Shown in pieces: positions 42,001 through 57,000 of a stretch of 64,000 nt of DNA. The stretch is from Glycera tridactyla. Taxonomy: Eukaryota. Under the pieces are notes generated by a model, which was given only the letters and a program-made list of their open reading frames with translations, did not search any database and was not told where the DNA came from. The stretch is taken from positions 46,748,001 to 46,812,000 of the forward strand of contig OZ286471.1 of assembly GCA_965644265.1 (NCBI GenBank). The letters run 5' to 3'. Numbering within the stretch: position 1 is the stretch's first letter; every line of letters starts with the position of its first letter. The position numbers and the translations under genes are program-made.

Positions 42001-45000
42001 TTTCACCGAGCTCTTCATTAGGTGTGATTTATCCTATGGATATAGAATGTGAACACCACGTATTGGTTCTGATAATAAATGGGATAGACATTACAAAACA
42101 TGTGCAGCAATGGGCAGTTGTGTGTTGACTCCATTATGAAAGTTCTTACGACTGCTTGAATGTACTCACATAAGTATCACTTACAGGATTGGTCTGTGGC
42201 AAAAATAGACCCACAACTGAATCCACTCTATCAACGACGGCCGAGGATTGCTGGATCCCAACAGTGGGTGGCACAGCACTGCCCACCTCAGTCTGCATAT
42301 TCCCCTTCTCCTATCGTGGAATCACTTACACAGGATGTACGAACAGAGACAATAGTGGCTACCCTTGGTGTTATACCTCCTACAATTACGAGAATGATCA
42401 TCTGTGGGGTAATTGCCAAGGTATGTTCAATGAGCTTTGATGTAAAATCATATGCTTTCATAAGTAAGATATATTTCTGAAAATATCAATCCTTAATATG
42501 TCAGAATATTTGCACTGTTTGCGATTTTAAGATACAGCGCAACAATGTAATGATTCAGTATCTGAAAGATATATGATGCCAACACCAAATGGGCCTTTAT
42601 TACCCTGTCTGTTGAGCGTCCATCATTGCAATTGAGATGACTTTCTATTTACTATCGTTTGTTTTATAGTGTTGGTTTGTGGTGAGCCACGACCAACAAC
42701 AGCCGCAACAAAGACGACAACAGGCAGTGATTGTTGGATTCCAACCATTGGTGGCACGGCAGAACAACCGTCCGTCTGTATCTTCCCATTCGAGTACAGA
42801 GGTACCATGTACACAGGCTGTACAAACCGTGACAATGATGACCGACCCTGGTGCTATACTTCTTATAACTATAAGAATGATAGATTATGGGGTAACTGCG
42901 GAGGTACGCTGATCTCTGTTCGTACTCATAATCCAATTCAGTTTCATTGTGTTCCGAATTTCTCAGATAGGATGACTTCATTTCAATTCATATCATTGAA
43001 ACAGACAAACAGTCAAATAGACAGTAGAACAGACAGTCAGACAGACAGTCAAATAGACAGCCAAACAGACAGTCAAATAGACAGTCAAACAGTCAGACAG
43101 AGAGTCATATCATAATCTGAATGAATAAACGAGATGAAGCGAGGGGATAGCCTGTTCTTAAAACCTGACTTTACCGTGGCCTACCATTGCAGGATTGGTT
43201 TGTGGTGAGCCGCGACCCACCACTATGTCAACACTGACGACGACAGGCAGTGACTGTTGGATACCCACAGTTGGTGGTTCCGCCTTGCCTACATCTGTCT
43301 GTATATTCCCCTTCTCGTACAGGGGTAGAACCTACACAGGGTGCAGCACTGTCGATAACAGTGGCTATCCCTGGTGTTACACCTCTTTCAATTACGAAAA
43401 TGATCATCTATGGGGAAATTGTCAAGGTATGCTCATTTGGATTGCTTGACTGGTAATGATACACCAGTTTGTGTTACTTTTTCTAATGTGACAAATACTA
43501 TACATCTTTGCATATTATGATGAATTTTAGGTTGAGAAAAACCTCATGGGATTGGAAGTTTGGAAGAAATGAGTGGCTCAGACGTGGCAGTAAATGTGTT
43601 TTCAAGACTCTTGCTCTGTGTGAGCATTCAATATTATCAATCGATCCTCTGAAATTGAATGAATGATGGATTTCATGGTCAAATGATGGTAACACGTTCT
43701 GTAATAGTCGTAACCACATTAAGATTGGTTAATATGTACTGGACCCATTATTGCCAGTACAAACGAAATCGAGATGTCTTCCCAGAATTATCCTAAATCG
43801 ATCAGAGCTATTCACTGGGCATGTCATGTATCTTCTTTCCTCAGAGATGGTATGTGGTGAGCCACGGCCCACCACGGGTTCAACGTTGACAACGACACCC
43901 AATGATTGCTGGATTCCTACCAGTGGTGGCACTGCAATCCAGAATTCTGTATGCATTTTCCCTTTCGACTACCGGGATGTGACTTATACTGGATGCAGTG
44001 ACCGTGACAATGATGGTCGACCATGGTGCTACACTTCATATAATTATAGAGATGACCACCTGTGGGGCAATTGTGGAGGTATGCAGCGATTGACCGCTGA
44101 CTAACGGTTCATCGTTATCAGCAAGAATAGTGAACATCAAATGAGAACACTTCTTTCTGAACAAGATGTTTGGTAATAATGAGACGTGGAACAGCAGTCA
44201 ATCAACCAATCGCAATCACGCTCATCGAGAATGATACGAGTGGTACTCACGTGTTGATGAGTGCTAGTCAGATTTGAAGAAAGCACCTAAATTGTCTTAG
44301 CGAGAAACTGTAATTAAGAAACGAATCAAGTGTTTTGATAGGACTTATTCTCATGATTTTTTCTCTTGAAGAAACACATTAACTTACCTCGCAAATCACC
44401 AGATAAGATCCTAAACTATTGAATCACGATCTATATCAGCCATACGAATCTACATATAACATTTCGGTATTGTAGTCGTGAGTTATCAGGGGTCTTTGAT
44501 GTGTATATCATTATCATTCCCTCTCTCTTCCAGACCTAGTGTGTGGTGAGCCCCGGCCAACCACTGCCACTACAGAAACAACCACACCTGGCAACTGTTA
44601 TGTACCCACAATAGGTGGTACCGCTGGTCAGGCATCTGTTTGTGTCTTCCCCTTTGAGTACAGGGGTACAACCTACACAGGTTGCTCCACTTTGGACAGT
44701 GGAGACAATGCATGGTGTTATACTTCCACAAACTACAGAGATGATCACTTGTGGGGGTATTGCCAAGGTAAGCAGCAGTTGAAGGCAGCTTTCTGGTCGA
44801 TGTGACTATGATTGGATGTTGATCTCTTGCGGATTGAATATGAGAATTTCAACATTCATCTGATCGATCTGACATCAGAGCTATTGAAGTAGCTAAAATG
44901 ACAAACAGACATTCATAATTTGCATAGGGCGATATCAAACTTGCGAAAGAACCTTTCAATGGCTTTGAAACTCACTAATCGATTATTGATTTCTCATGAG

Positions 45001-48000
45001 AGCTGGAATCCTTTGAATGGGATAGACGAACTATCCTAGGCATTTTGTGGCACCCCTTTTATCATGATAGGCTCGCAATCATGTATTTAGAGACGATTGT
45101 TTCTGGGTTTCTTTCAGTTATGGTGTGCAATAAGCAGCGACCTACAACAGCATCAACGCTGACCACCACAGGCAGCGACTGTTATATCCCCACATTTGGT
45201 GGTACAGCTATACAGGACTCGGTTTGCATATTCCCATTTGACTACAAGGGTGTTACCTATTATGGCTGCAGTGGGGTCGATAACGATGCCAAACCATGGT
45301 GTTATACTTCTACTGACTACAAAAACGACCACATATGGGGCAACTGTCGAGGTATTGACGCAAAAAATATAAATCACAGAGTAGTCATAATTTAGAAGAT
45401 TTTGATGACATAGAGTATTGTAAGCACATCGATGTATGAGGAAAATTGTCTTTTTTCCATTGCATCAACCAAATAGAAGCCCATGGATTGTTGGCGAATC
45501 CTGATGATGGTATCTAATCAGTGAATGAGGAATCTGTTTTTCCCTGTGGCATGTTGCTATATCAAGGATCAGTCCTCCTTGCCATGCACTCATAGTCAAT
45601 CCTGTTTTAGTTTGCCTGCTCCGTGCAACCTGTTGTGAATATATGAATGTTGATGTAGCATGACTTCCGGGGAAGATAATATATTTCCACAATTGGTTAT
45701 TCCAATCTCAAGAGAGATATTCGGAAATGCAAGCCTAATCATCTGAGATAATGCTTGTAGGATTGGTTTGTGGAGGAGACCGCCCAACAACAGCCTCAAC
45801 ATTGACAACAACTGGACAGGATTGTTGGATTCCAACCGTCGGTGGGACTGCTCTTCCCCGATCAGTCTGCATATTCCCCTTCAGCTACAGAGGGGTCACC
45901 TACACTGGATGCACAAATGTGGATAATGAAGGATATCCCTGGTGTTATACCTCATTCAATTATGAGGATGACCACCTGTGGGGAAATTGCCAAGGTATTT
46001 GACTTGTATTGAGTCACTTAACTTCCAAGTTATCCTCCAAGTTTACCTGCTACTGATAGTATAGGATAAAATGCACTAATTTCTATTGAGCGAATTTGCC
46101 ATGATAGATGGCCTACAGCTGAGAGCACTCATCCGAGAATAAATAGGTATCAACAAAGGCTCACTTGCACACCCTATGCTGAATTTAGTCCTATCGGTCA
46201 ATGGCCAAGGGAGGTTGAAAATCATAATCGATACATGTAGGTACTCACAATAAGCAACACAGGAATCGTAAAAAGTGACAAAACTCAAATTCATTCTTGG
46301 ATATCCATATTTGTTATCAACACTTGCGATGCCAAAACAAGATTGGTCATCAATTTGATTTTTACAGAATTAGTATGTGGTGAGCCCCGGCCGACCACGG
46401 GATCCACCTTAACCACCACAGGGAGAAACTGTTGGATACCGACCATAGGAGGCACAGCACAGACCCGCTCTGTCTGCATATTCCCCTTCTCCTATAGAGG
46501 TGTACAGTACACAGGATGCTCCACTGTGGATAATGGGAACATGCCCTGGTGCTACACCTCTTATGACTACGAGAACGATCATCTGTGGGGCAACTGTGAA
46601 GGTAAATCATCATCGATGATGGAAATGACATCCTATGGAGTTCAGGAAACGGATCGGATAATCCTACCACACTGCTCACTTCTGATATATTTCCAAATTA
46701 GTCAAACTTAAAAATATGCTACATATCAAAATGCTCTATTCAAAACACAGCATGCATGCTTCAGTCACATCAAGCTGTACTCTTAGTAAGGGGACAGAAC
46801 GTTTCATGGCATCTCCTCATCAATATCTGACGACAAAATCTGCAGACAACTCACATCCAGCAATGTACACATTGTCCTCATAATATGATGACCTTAAAGG
46901 TGATCTGAATATCTTTGCAGCCATGGTCTGCGGTGAGCCCCGACCGATTACGGTAACACCACAGACCACTACCCCTGATGATTGTTGGGTACCTACCATT
47001 GGTGGTTCGGCATATCAGCCCTCAGTCTGTACCTTTCCGTTTGAATACCGGGGTTCAGTATACACTGGTTGTACCACTGTGGATAACAATGGTTACGCCT
47101 GGTGTTATACTTCATACAATTATAAAGACGACCACCTTTGGGGTAACTGCCAAGGTATGTTCACTCATCAATGCATCCGTGAATTTTATGACGTTCATCT
47201 TCATTTTAGGTCTTAGAAAATGTTATCCTCACCACAACCATACCAGTTGGGTGGTGTAGATGCACTTGAAGGTTATCCAGCCAAATACACCAGTTTCTGG
47301 ATTCATGTAGTTGAGCTGTCAGCAAACTGGTGAAGAGATCATCGCATTTTAGGATAGCATAACAAGTATGATTATTCAACTCTGTATCAGAAAATTGGTT
47401 TGATATCAGATGCATTCGAAATAGCAGAAAGGTGATAACTTCATATAGATGATTAGGTGAGTGCAAATCATCTATATACCCTCACATAACCTGCCACAAA
47501 TATGAGTAATACTCATTTGACTGGAAATGCATTGGGGTGCCGGCCAAGAAAATTAAAGGCACATGATCGATGCGCCATCGGTGAATATATGAAGATATGC
47601 ACGGAGTCCAAGTGTAGCTGTATTCAAGTTTGTTTGATTTTTCGACTTTCTTTTAGCCATGGTGTGTGGTCAACCAAGACCAACCACCGCACCAACGGGC
47701 ACAACGACAGGCAGCGACTGCTGGATCCCCACCTTGGGTGGCAGTGCAATTCAGCCCTCTGTCTGCATATTCCCCTTCAGCTACAGAGATGTCACCTACA
47801 CTGGCTGTACCACGCGCGATAACAGTAACAATCCATGGTGCTATGTATCATATGACTATGCCGAGGACCATCTGTGGGGTAACTGCCAAGGTATGACTCA
47901 CGTGGTCAACGTTATGCATTCCAATATTTATGCATTTCTGCCTAATGACAAATACACTATTGTCGGAGTATATCGATGGAATAATCAAGGCTCACGATCA

Positions 48001-51000
48001 TGATCATCCAAAAAGATTTTTCCACTCTGCATCCCACAGCAGGTCTCAATAGACGCATGCCCTCACCCTAGGCAGGCGATGACAGCTGGACTGTGTCTAG
48101 ATGATAATGGATCTATCGATCCTCACGTATTCGTATTTGTTATATTCTTGGTCATGGCAGAAGCATACAGCTTCGGTGATCCAACAAATGCCTGCGATCT
48201 CTTTAATTCATTTTTACTTTGATGATTGGGTTTTAGCGTTGGTTTGTGGTCAGCCACGACCGACGACGGCCTCGACGCTGACAACAACTGGCAGCCAATG
48301 TTTCATAGCAACAAACGGTGGTTCAGCTGTTCAGTCATCAGTCTGCATCTTCCCATTCAGCTACAAAGGTGTTGAATATACTGGATGTACCACGGTGGAT
48401 AATGGTGGAATACCTTGGTGTTACACATCAGTGAACTACCCAAATGACCATTTGTGGGGCAACTGTGGAGGTATGCTGACATTAAATAGTGCTATTTCCT
48501 GTATAGGCAGACATATAACACTTCAAAACCTTATCTTTACAGGCTTCTTTTTTGAAGTCTGGTCATTTTCAGAAAGGTGGTGAACTTCAGCCTTGAGTGT
48601 AGATCTTAGGCCACTTATACATGCGTTAACTGATCTGAGCCACCATGCAAAATAGTTAGAATAGGATCATTAGAACTGACTCACCGATTAAGCATCTCCC
48701 CAAATCATTGGTAAATGATGTGACAGAAGCTTGTAGCAACCAGATCACGATTTGATTGATATTTGCTGTCCCACCCATGCAATAACTCCAGAACAAGACT
48801 CAAGACAGTATAGTTCGATAAGACACTCCTCAGTCACTCCTTCCACGAGAATCCATAATAGTGCAAACCCACTCAGTCTCCAATTTTTTCAAAGGCAGAC
48901 TGATTGTAGCCAATTTGGTAATGCTAGTAGTGATGGATGGCCCTGTAGGCTAGCAGATCGAAGCCATTCAATTATCCGGTACTAGTCCATTGATTGTATC
49001 TTTCGTGGACAGCATATATTACCTTGACCGTGATTTTGCCATCCACATATGATTTTGTGGAGGTGAGATAGGTGAGGAAAGATGGCTAGGAGCAGGATAC
49101 AAGGGGGGCTGCTTTTCAACAAGATGTCGAGGAAGAAAAATGAGAGTGAACAAAATCAGGATATTCCTTCGAGATATTCCCTCGACTTGGATATATGACT
49201 ACTTGATTTTCAAATGAGTGGGAACTATAGGATATCGATTTAATCTGTTTGTGATGATGCCAAGTTACTCTATGTATGAAAATTTCAGAACTGACCTGTG
49301 GTAGGGAGCGTCCCACCACGGCGTCCACACTAACAACAACAGCTCGTGACTGCTGGATACCAACAATTGGGGGTACTGCGCGGCAACCCTCTGTATGCAT
49401 ATTTCCCTTCGAGTACAGAGGCGTAACATACACGGGCTGTACCGAGGTGGACAATGAAAATTATCCATGGTGTTACACTTCTTTTGACTATAAAAACGAT
49501 CACCTGTGGGGCATCTGTGGAGGTATGTTTCTCATTCATGTACAATACTTCTTGAATCAAAAAGTGTATCATTCTTGACCGTGTAGAAAGTTCCTTGCAA
49601 TACACATGGATCCATGAAATTCAATTAGAAATATGAACGTGCTAATGTGGTATGAAAATACTCACCCGATTTCCGAAGTCAGTTGTCCTAGAATGGCAGT
49701 GAAATTCTTGATATTGGGCCATTGGTAGGAACATCCAATGTGAATCCAACACCCGGAAACTGATATATCAATATGGATCATCTATCACATCTAATTCAAT
49801 CATAACCACGGCCTTCCACATTTTTCCAGAATATCCAGTGGTCACTTATGTAGTCCATTTCTCGATTCCCATCATGTGATCCACAGGTCACTATCCCCCC
49901 ACCCCCCCCCCCCCCTACAAATCCCCATCCTCAGAAAAAAGTGTCGCGAATCGGTGTAGACAACATTCATGTTATTGCTTCATTCTTCTACCCTCCCTTA
50001 TGACCATCTCGCAAGTTAGCATGCCGATTCCATGCATGTAGCTTCCATTATCAGTGGTGCTTAATGCTTATGTGTATCATGATAATGCTGCTGTTATCTC
50101 TGGGTACCTGATTAAAACCTTTACTTTTTTGGCTGTTTATATTAGTGAACGAAGTGTATTCTGTTAGGTGGAATGACCTAGCGAACCCGAGGTCAGACCT
50201 CAGTACTATGGTGATGGTTTTTAAGGATTCATAGCTTCCAATGACACATCTTAGCCACGTTTGAATTGGATCTGGATTATCTGGATCATCCTGTTTTTGA
50301 CTAGGGCTGCATAGCCTCAATGATCTCGCTTTTGGTTATTTTGCCCATGTATGTAATCAAATGTTTCCTGTGTCAAGTACACAGGATTTCCCAGCTCATG
50401 ATATTACATAGATCAATCTAGTGTTCTATCACCGTGATCTCTCTGAATATTTGGGGACGATTCTCACCATCAGCATTTCCCCAGAAATCAATTGAATAGT
50501 ATATTTAATTTCAAAGTGTATTGAAAGAATATATGCCACATATCACCCGAACATGAATAGAAATAATATTATATCATCAGTATATATGGAACTATCTCGT
50601 CGTGGCTAATTGCAGATCTTGTGTGTGGTGAGCCCCGGCCTACCACCATGTCAACTGCTGCCACCACGGCAAGTGACTGTTGGATTCCTACAGTGGGTGG
50701 CACTGCTAGTCAACCCTCTGTCTGCATATTCCCATTCAGCTACAAGGATGTCACCTATACTGGATGCTCAAGTGTGGACAATGGTGGACGCCCCTGGTGT
50801 TATACCTCATTTGACTACAGAAATGACCACCTTTGGGGAAATTGTGGAGGTATGTCCACCTAAATGTGCAGCCCAGAGAAATCCACATTTATGTATAGTG
50901 GCCAAAAATAATTGCTTTCAAGAGACCAGGGTCAATATGAATGAAAGTTAAACACCTATTCCTTGAACCCTTGCAGTGTTTCTGTAAATTTGTCATTGCC

Positions 51001-54000
51001 AATAATTTACCAGTCCATTCCATGCATTTTCAAAGCATTGTGTTTAATCAGAGCTGTGTCTGAACTGAAGACTACCTTAAATCCTTTATTTCCACCATCT
51101 TGTGTCCAGGTTGCATGAGAATGGCGTGGGTAAAGCACATGGCCTTCATCGAATAGAAACAAAAGACATCCATGATCCCTTGGTTTTGTGCAGAATGCAA
51201 TCAAAGTCACAACCAAATAATCCTTGCCTGAGCCTCTCACTAGTGAACACATACTGAATTCACAGTGTGTGTGTGGTTTTTTGGAGGGGGGGGGGACGCT
51301 TGTATTACTCAACATTACCCAAAAAACGTCACCATCAGATCTTGTTTTGAAATGTTTTGAATCTTGAGGGGGTTAGTGAAGAGCAGTTTGTTCACCAATG
51401 TATTGTTGATCAATCATCAAAAAAGTAGTGCAAACCATCCAATGCATAACAGTCAAAATTATCCAAGTTAGGTACATGATTCAGGAAAACAATGACCAAT
51501 AAACTGAATGCAGTTGAAGTTCTATTGTGTCAGACTCCATCCAAAGTCCCTGGATATTCATTTGTGTGTCGGTCCAGAGTAAATATAGTAGTGATTTATA
51601 TTCTAGAAAATGTTGCTCATGAGGTAATGAAATATACTATCTAAGCAGTTCTGATTGATCAGTAGGTACAAGAAATTCATTGAGAATGATACTACTGAAT
51701 AGTAGCGTACAACAGGGAGACACAGGATATCCACATCAGAGGAATTTTACCCCGCATTCATAGTGCTCCCTGAAAAGTGTCACTTTTGTTATTGATCGAA
51801 AGTTTCAAAAAGACACCTACAGAAAGTATGTAGAGATAATCATGACGTTTCTGAATCTATATGGTTTGGATCATATGCAGGAGAACATCCCAAGCTTGTT
51901 TGATGGTACATATCATGATGAGTGGGTCGGGTTTCAGATCTTGTATGTGGCCGAGAGAGACCAACGACAATGTCGACGTTGACAACGACGCCGTCAGACT
52001 GTTTCATCCCAACATTTGGTGGGACAGCTGGAGGAGATTCGGTCTGTATTTTCCCATTCTCCTACCGTGGTGTTGAGTATACTGGATGTTCAACAGTCGA
52101 TCACGATGGCGTACCCTGGTGTTATACCTCTTACAACTACAACAATGATCACATCTGGGGCAATTGTAAAGGTGTGTTCAGTATTGCGCTGATATAGCTA
52201 AGAATGGGGTCGAATATGACATAGCTGTAGAGTGAGATTAGGGGAGAGGGAAGGTAATCGTTCTGGAATGCTGCAGCATTTATGATAAATGGATGAAATA
52301 TGACAACGGGCATCTGCCATCACACCCCAACTACTGAATGAAGGATTCTGCTCATCTGATATGAGCCCTGGTCTTTTTATGTCCAGTTTTCCGTTCAATC
52401 CACTCAGCAGCTCAATACCCGATGGCTTCAGGGCTTATGTGTGCATCACATAGCCTTCCTTGTCCGCCATTACCATGTGTCCAGGGTTCTCAGAAGTAAG
52501 TGTGCAGGGAACATAGCACCCAGCTTGTATATATTTGACCGAACAGAATATATAAGTCATTGGGCTGATATATGCTGTTAAAATTCTGACCGACCAGCCC
52601 ACCATATAGTCTGCTATCCGTGCAATTCCCACGAGGATCCCATCCATTAGTTTCGAGTTCGAGTCCAAGGCTTTGAATTCAGAAAGAAGGTGGAATTGAC
52701 CAAAAGGACAGGGTCACACCATTGTTGTTAGATCAGATTTTCATCAACAGTCATGATATTTCATTCATTAAATCTGTAGTGTTTTAGTTCAGGTTCATCC
52801 ATTGATTCTTAAATTGATACGAATCAAAACGTATTGGTATCAAATGCAATCAGTAACTGTGATCCATAAAAAGACGTGAATGTCGGATATTTCATCAATA
52901 TATTCATGAGTGAATTTACATGCGTATTGTGCAAAGTTGCATGTGTGAATTGAAACGATGCCATGGCATGTATTGCAGCGATGGTCTGTGGCCAGCCTAG
53001 GCCAACCACTGATGCTACGGAAACCACCACTGGTAGTGATTGTTGGATTCCAACATTGGGAGGGACAGCAGAACAGCCATCTGTTTGTATATTCCCTTTC
53101 TCATACAAGAATACTGTCTACACTGGGTGTTCTTCAGTAGACAATGGTGGATATCCCTGGTGCTATACTTCCTATAACTACAAGGACGACCATCTCTGGG
53201 GCAATTGTCAAGGTACAGCATGTTGGTCATATAGATCTCAATTCGCTTGCACATCGCCATAGAGATTCAATCATAATGTGGGAGTCAACATAGGGAGGAA
53301 TTAGAAGTAATAGAGCTGGTATCAGAAATTTGAGCAAGTCCAGCAGATTAGGTTTTGGGGTTGCTTAGTCTTGAACTAAGGTGTGATCTGTGAAGCAGGT
53401 CAATTGTAAATTCAACCTCTAGAGTTGTGTCGGGACTGATAATGATAGCAGCTATTTTCACTGATTAAGTATACCAGAGAACACAATGTTCTATTACACG
53501 TCATGTATTTCGGATAGGTCATTATATTGTGCATGTCAGAGTGAATACTGATGTGCTGGTGCAGTGTGAAGTGCCAATAGCATATCAGCATATCAGCAGA
53601 TCTAAAAGAGGAGATAAATATCATCTGTTCCGAATGTTGCTCATGACGGTCCAAATGTGTATTTTAGAGTTGGTGTGTGGTCAGCCACGCCCAACAACTG
53701 CAAGTAGCGTGTCGACGACTGCTGGTAACTGCTGGATTCCAACAACAGGTGGCACTGCCATTCAGAATTCTGTCTGCATATTCCCGTACAGCTATAAGGG
53801 TGTCACTTACACAGGATGTTCTACTGTGGACAATGGCGGCTTTCCATGGTGCTACACGTCATATGATTACAGGAATGACCACCTGTGGGGCAATTGTGGA
53901 GGTACACTATTTCAGACTCTCAAAGTTTCAGAATGGCATTTTGGTGATTGTTCCTTATCAGAAAAGATCATAATAATTCAACCATATAAGACAAGTGACC

Positions 54001-57000
54001 ATGAAGAATAAGAATTACATAGGGATGCCTAAATAAATTGGATTGTCATTTGTGGCCCGGATGAACTTCATTTGACGATGCTTCCAGTTGTGATGCATCA
54101 GTAAGACTCGGGTAGATAATTCTGCAGTGAGAGGCATCATGACCTTTCCTAATTCCAAGAGTTTTCATTTGTTTTTCTGGAGATTTTCATATTTGAATAT
54201 GTTCATTGGTAGGCAGGGTCTCCAAGGCACTGCCTGAAGGGGAATGAAAATTCACGTTCACATGACTGATGAAATTTCAAATAAGTCTGCTATGAGACTT
54301 CATCGAATCAGATAGATATTACCAGAAATCAACATATTTGTGACGGAAATAATTCATTTCTGGTGATCCTGTTTCAGCCTTGATTTGTGGTGAACCACGT
54401 CCCACAACAGGTTCTACCCTGACAACAACAGGGAGTGACTGTTTCATTCCTACCATTGGAGGCACTGCACAGCAGCCCTCAGTGTGTGTCTTTCCCTTTG
54501 AGTACAGAGGTGTTATTTACACTGGTTGTTCCAACGTTGACAATGGTGGTTATGCCTGGTGCTATACCTCCTATAATTACAAAGACGACCATCTTTGGGG
54601 CAATTGTCAAGGTATGTTTCATATGTCCGCTACCAACATCAAAACATTCTAGTAAGAGCCAAATTGTAGAATCTGCGGCATAATATATACTGCCCTGTAC
54701 ATGGCGAAATGCTTTTTGATCATGGCATAGATCTGGACTATGATTATCCGTACCTATTAAATGTTTGGGGCTATACAATCAGGTACACCTCGAGATATTT
54801 GTTCCTCACATGGTTGTGTGCTAGGCGGATTACACCTGCAAATGAAAAACTGAACCAGGAGTCCTTGTATGGAGTTAGCTGTTTGAAGTTCATTCTGAGC
54901 TTAGTTTGATATAATGACTACATTTTTCTTCTCAACAGCATGTACGCACATATTGGAACAGAAAAGATCATAGCAACTCTAGTGCGATTCATCACTTTCT
55001 TCGATGAACTCACGTTTACTCGAACTCTTGCAAATGGCTTCACGTTTTGCCTCCATTTTTGATTTCCCTCTTTTCATTCAGATAACTGACAATTGAGTTT
55101 CGCTCAGCAGAATAATACCAAGTGCTCGCTGTGCATAGAGTTGCCTCATGAAAAGTGAGGAGATGGAAGGGTATCTAGAGGGCTTCTGTGCTCTTCAGAT
55201 TTCGAGATTTAATATATCAACTGATGTATCTTGTTGACAGAGGTAGTTTGTGGTCAGGACCGACCAACTACAGCTTCTACATTGACGACGACTGGCAGCG
55301 ACTGCTGGATCCCCACTGTTGGGGGTACAGCACAACAGCGCTCTGTCTGCATTTTCCCGTTTTCGTACAGGGGTACGACCTACACAGGATGCTCCACAGT
55401 CGACAATGGAGGATATGCCTGGTGCTATACCTCATATGATTACAGGAATGACCACCTCTGGGGAAACTGTCAAGGTGTGTGTTGATCGCATCCCTGGCTT
55501 GTGCAAACCCAAATACCTGCATGTACATCTATCTAAACTATAATGAACCTTAGTTGTGTAAGCCAAATTTGTGTAGATCCTGCATGCCTAATCTTGTCTC
55601 CCGCTATTGTCTCCCAAACCATCGTCTCCCAAACCACTGCTCTGATGGTCGATGTTTCGAACTGGCTCTTAGAACCTTTTTTCAAGAAATTTGATTTAGG
55701 CTCTCGGGTACACTTAGTTCGTGTATTCAGGCAATTAGTTTCATGAGCAACCCATGCATATCTGTGCTGTGTCATTTCATCCTCTTATTCTCTGCCTGAA
55801 GTAGGATTACTTCTGGTTTGGGGCAGTCATGATACCCTTACCTTCATCTATTGTGAATACACTCTCATCACACTATTGATGATGGTATTCTGCAGACTGT
55901 CTTTCTTAGGCAGGCTTTCTCTCATTTCGATCCCCTATCTCGAAAATTAGTGAAGGTGTTGGTTGTTTTGAATTGCATGCACGTTATAGTTATGTCATAT
56001 ATCCCCGACCAGGTGTAAGAGACCTTGTGCAATACCTTGTCAATCAACTTGATAAAGTCTCAACTGAAGAAAAGTAACGCTTGGGTGATGAACATGTAGC
56101 TATACAGCAATATATTCATAGCTCTTTTCACAGAAACTGTATTTGATAAAGCGACCTCCTCGCTCACAGCCACACACTTATGAATTTACCTCATTCCTTA
56201 CCAACGAGTAGCCCCTCTATATCCAGCATTTCAGTGCTGACCCTACTCCAATCGTTTGGGAAAGTCTGAGAGAATTGAATTGAAATCATAAGAACTATAA
56301 TTTTTCCATGGAGTACAAAACACAAAAATGAATGATAATCACAATACAAAGATTGAAAGAGGATGAATGCAATGCTTAGAGGTATTCACAGGAAACATAT
56401 GATGGACGATATACTGTGTAATATGTCCGATAACATATGCAATATACAACTTGTTTTGTTACACCTTGGATCAATTGGTTCTCATTGAGTGAATTCTGTG
56501 TTGCAATTGATTCCGCTGCACATAGAATAGCCTTTCTTGCGGGCTACAGACACAGACACCCCTTTGGTTTTCTTGATTTGATATAGTCAAAAGGGAAAAA
56601 TGATGTACTAACCATAGATGTTTAATGACGATCATATTGAAATGTAGGTAAATTTCAGATCTGATGTATAGGTGACATTATTTGTCATGATTTGGATGGC
56701 GTGTTCCTATTACAGAGCTGGTGTGTGGGCAGCCTAGACCCACTACAATGGCCAGTGCAACCACATCAAATAGTGGATGTTGGATACCCACTGTTGGTGG
56801 AACGGCCATACAAAACTCTGTATGCATATTTCCCTTCGATTACAAAGGGGTTGCCTACAGTAGTTGCTCCACAGTGGACAATAGCAACTATGCCTGGTGT
56901 TATACCTCTTACAACTACAAGGAGGATCATCTATGGGGTAACTGCCAAGGTATGTGTCTCTAAGGGATGTTTTGCAAACAGGTGTGATTGGAACCAGTGC

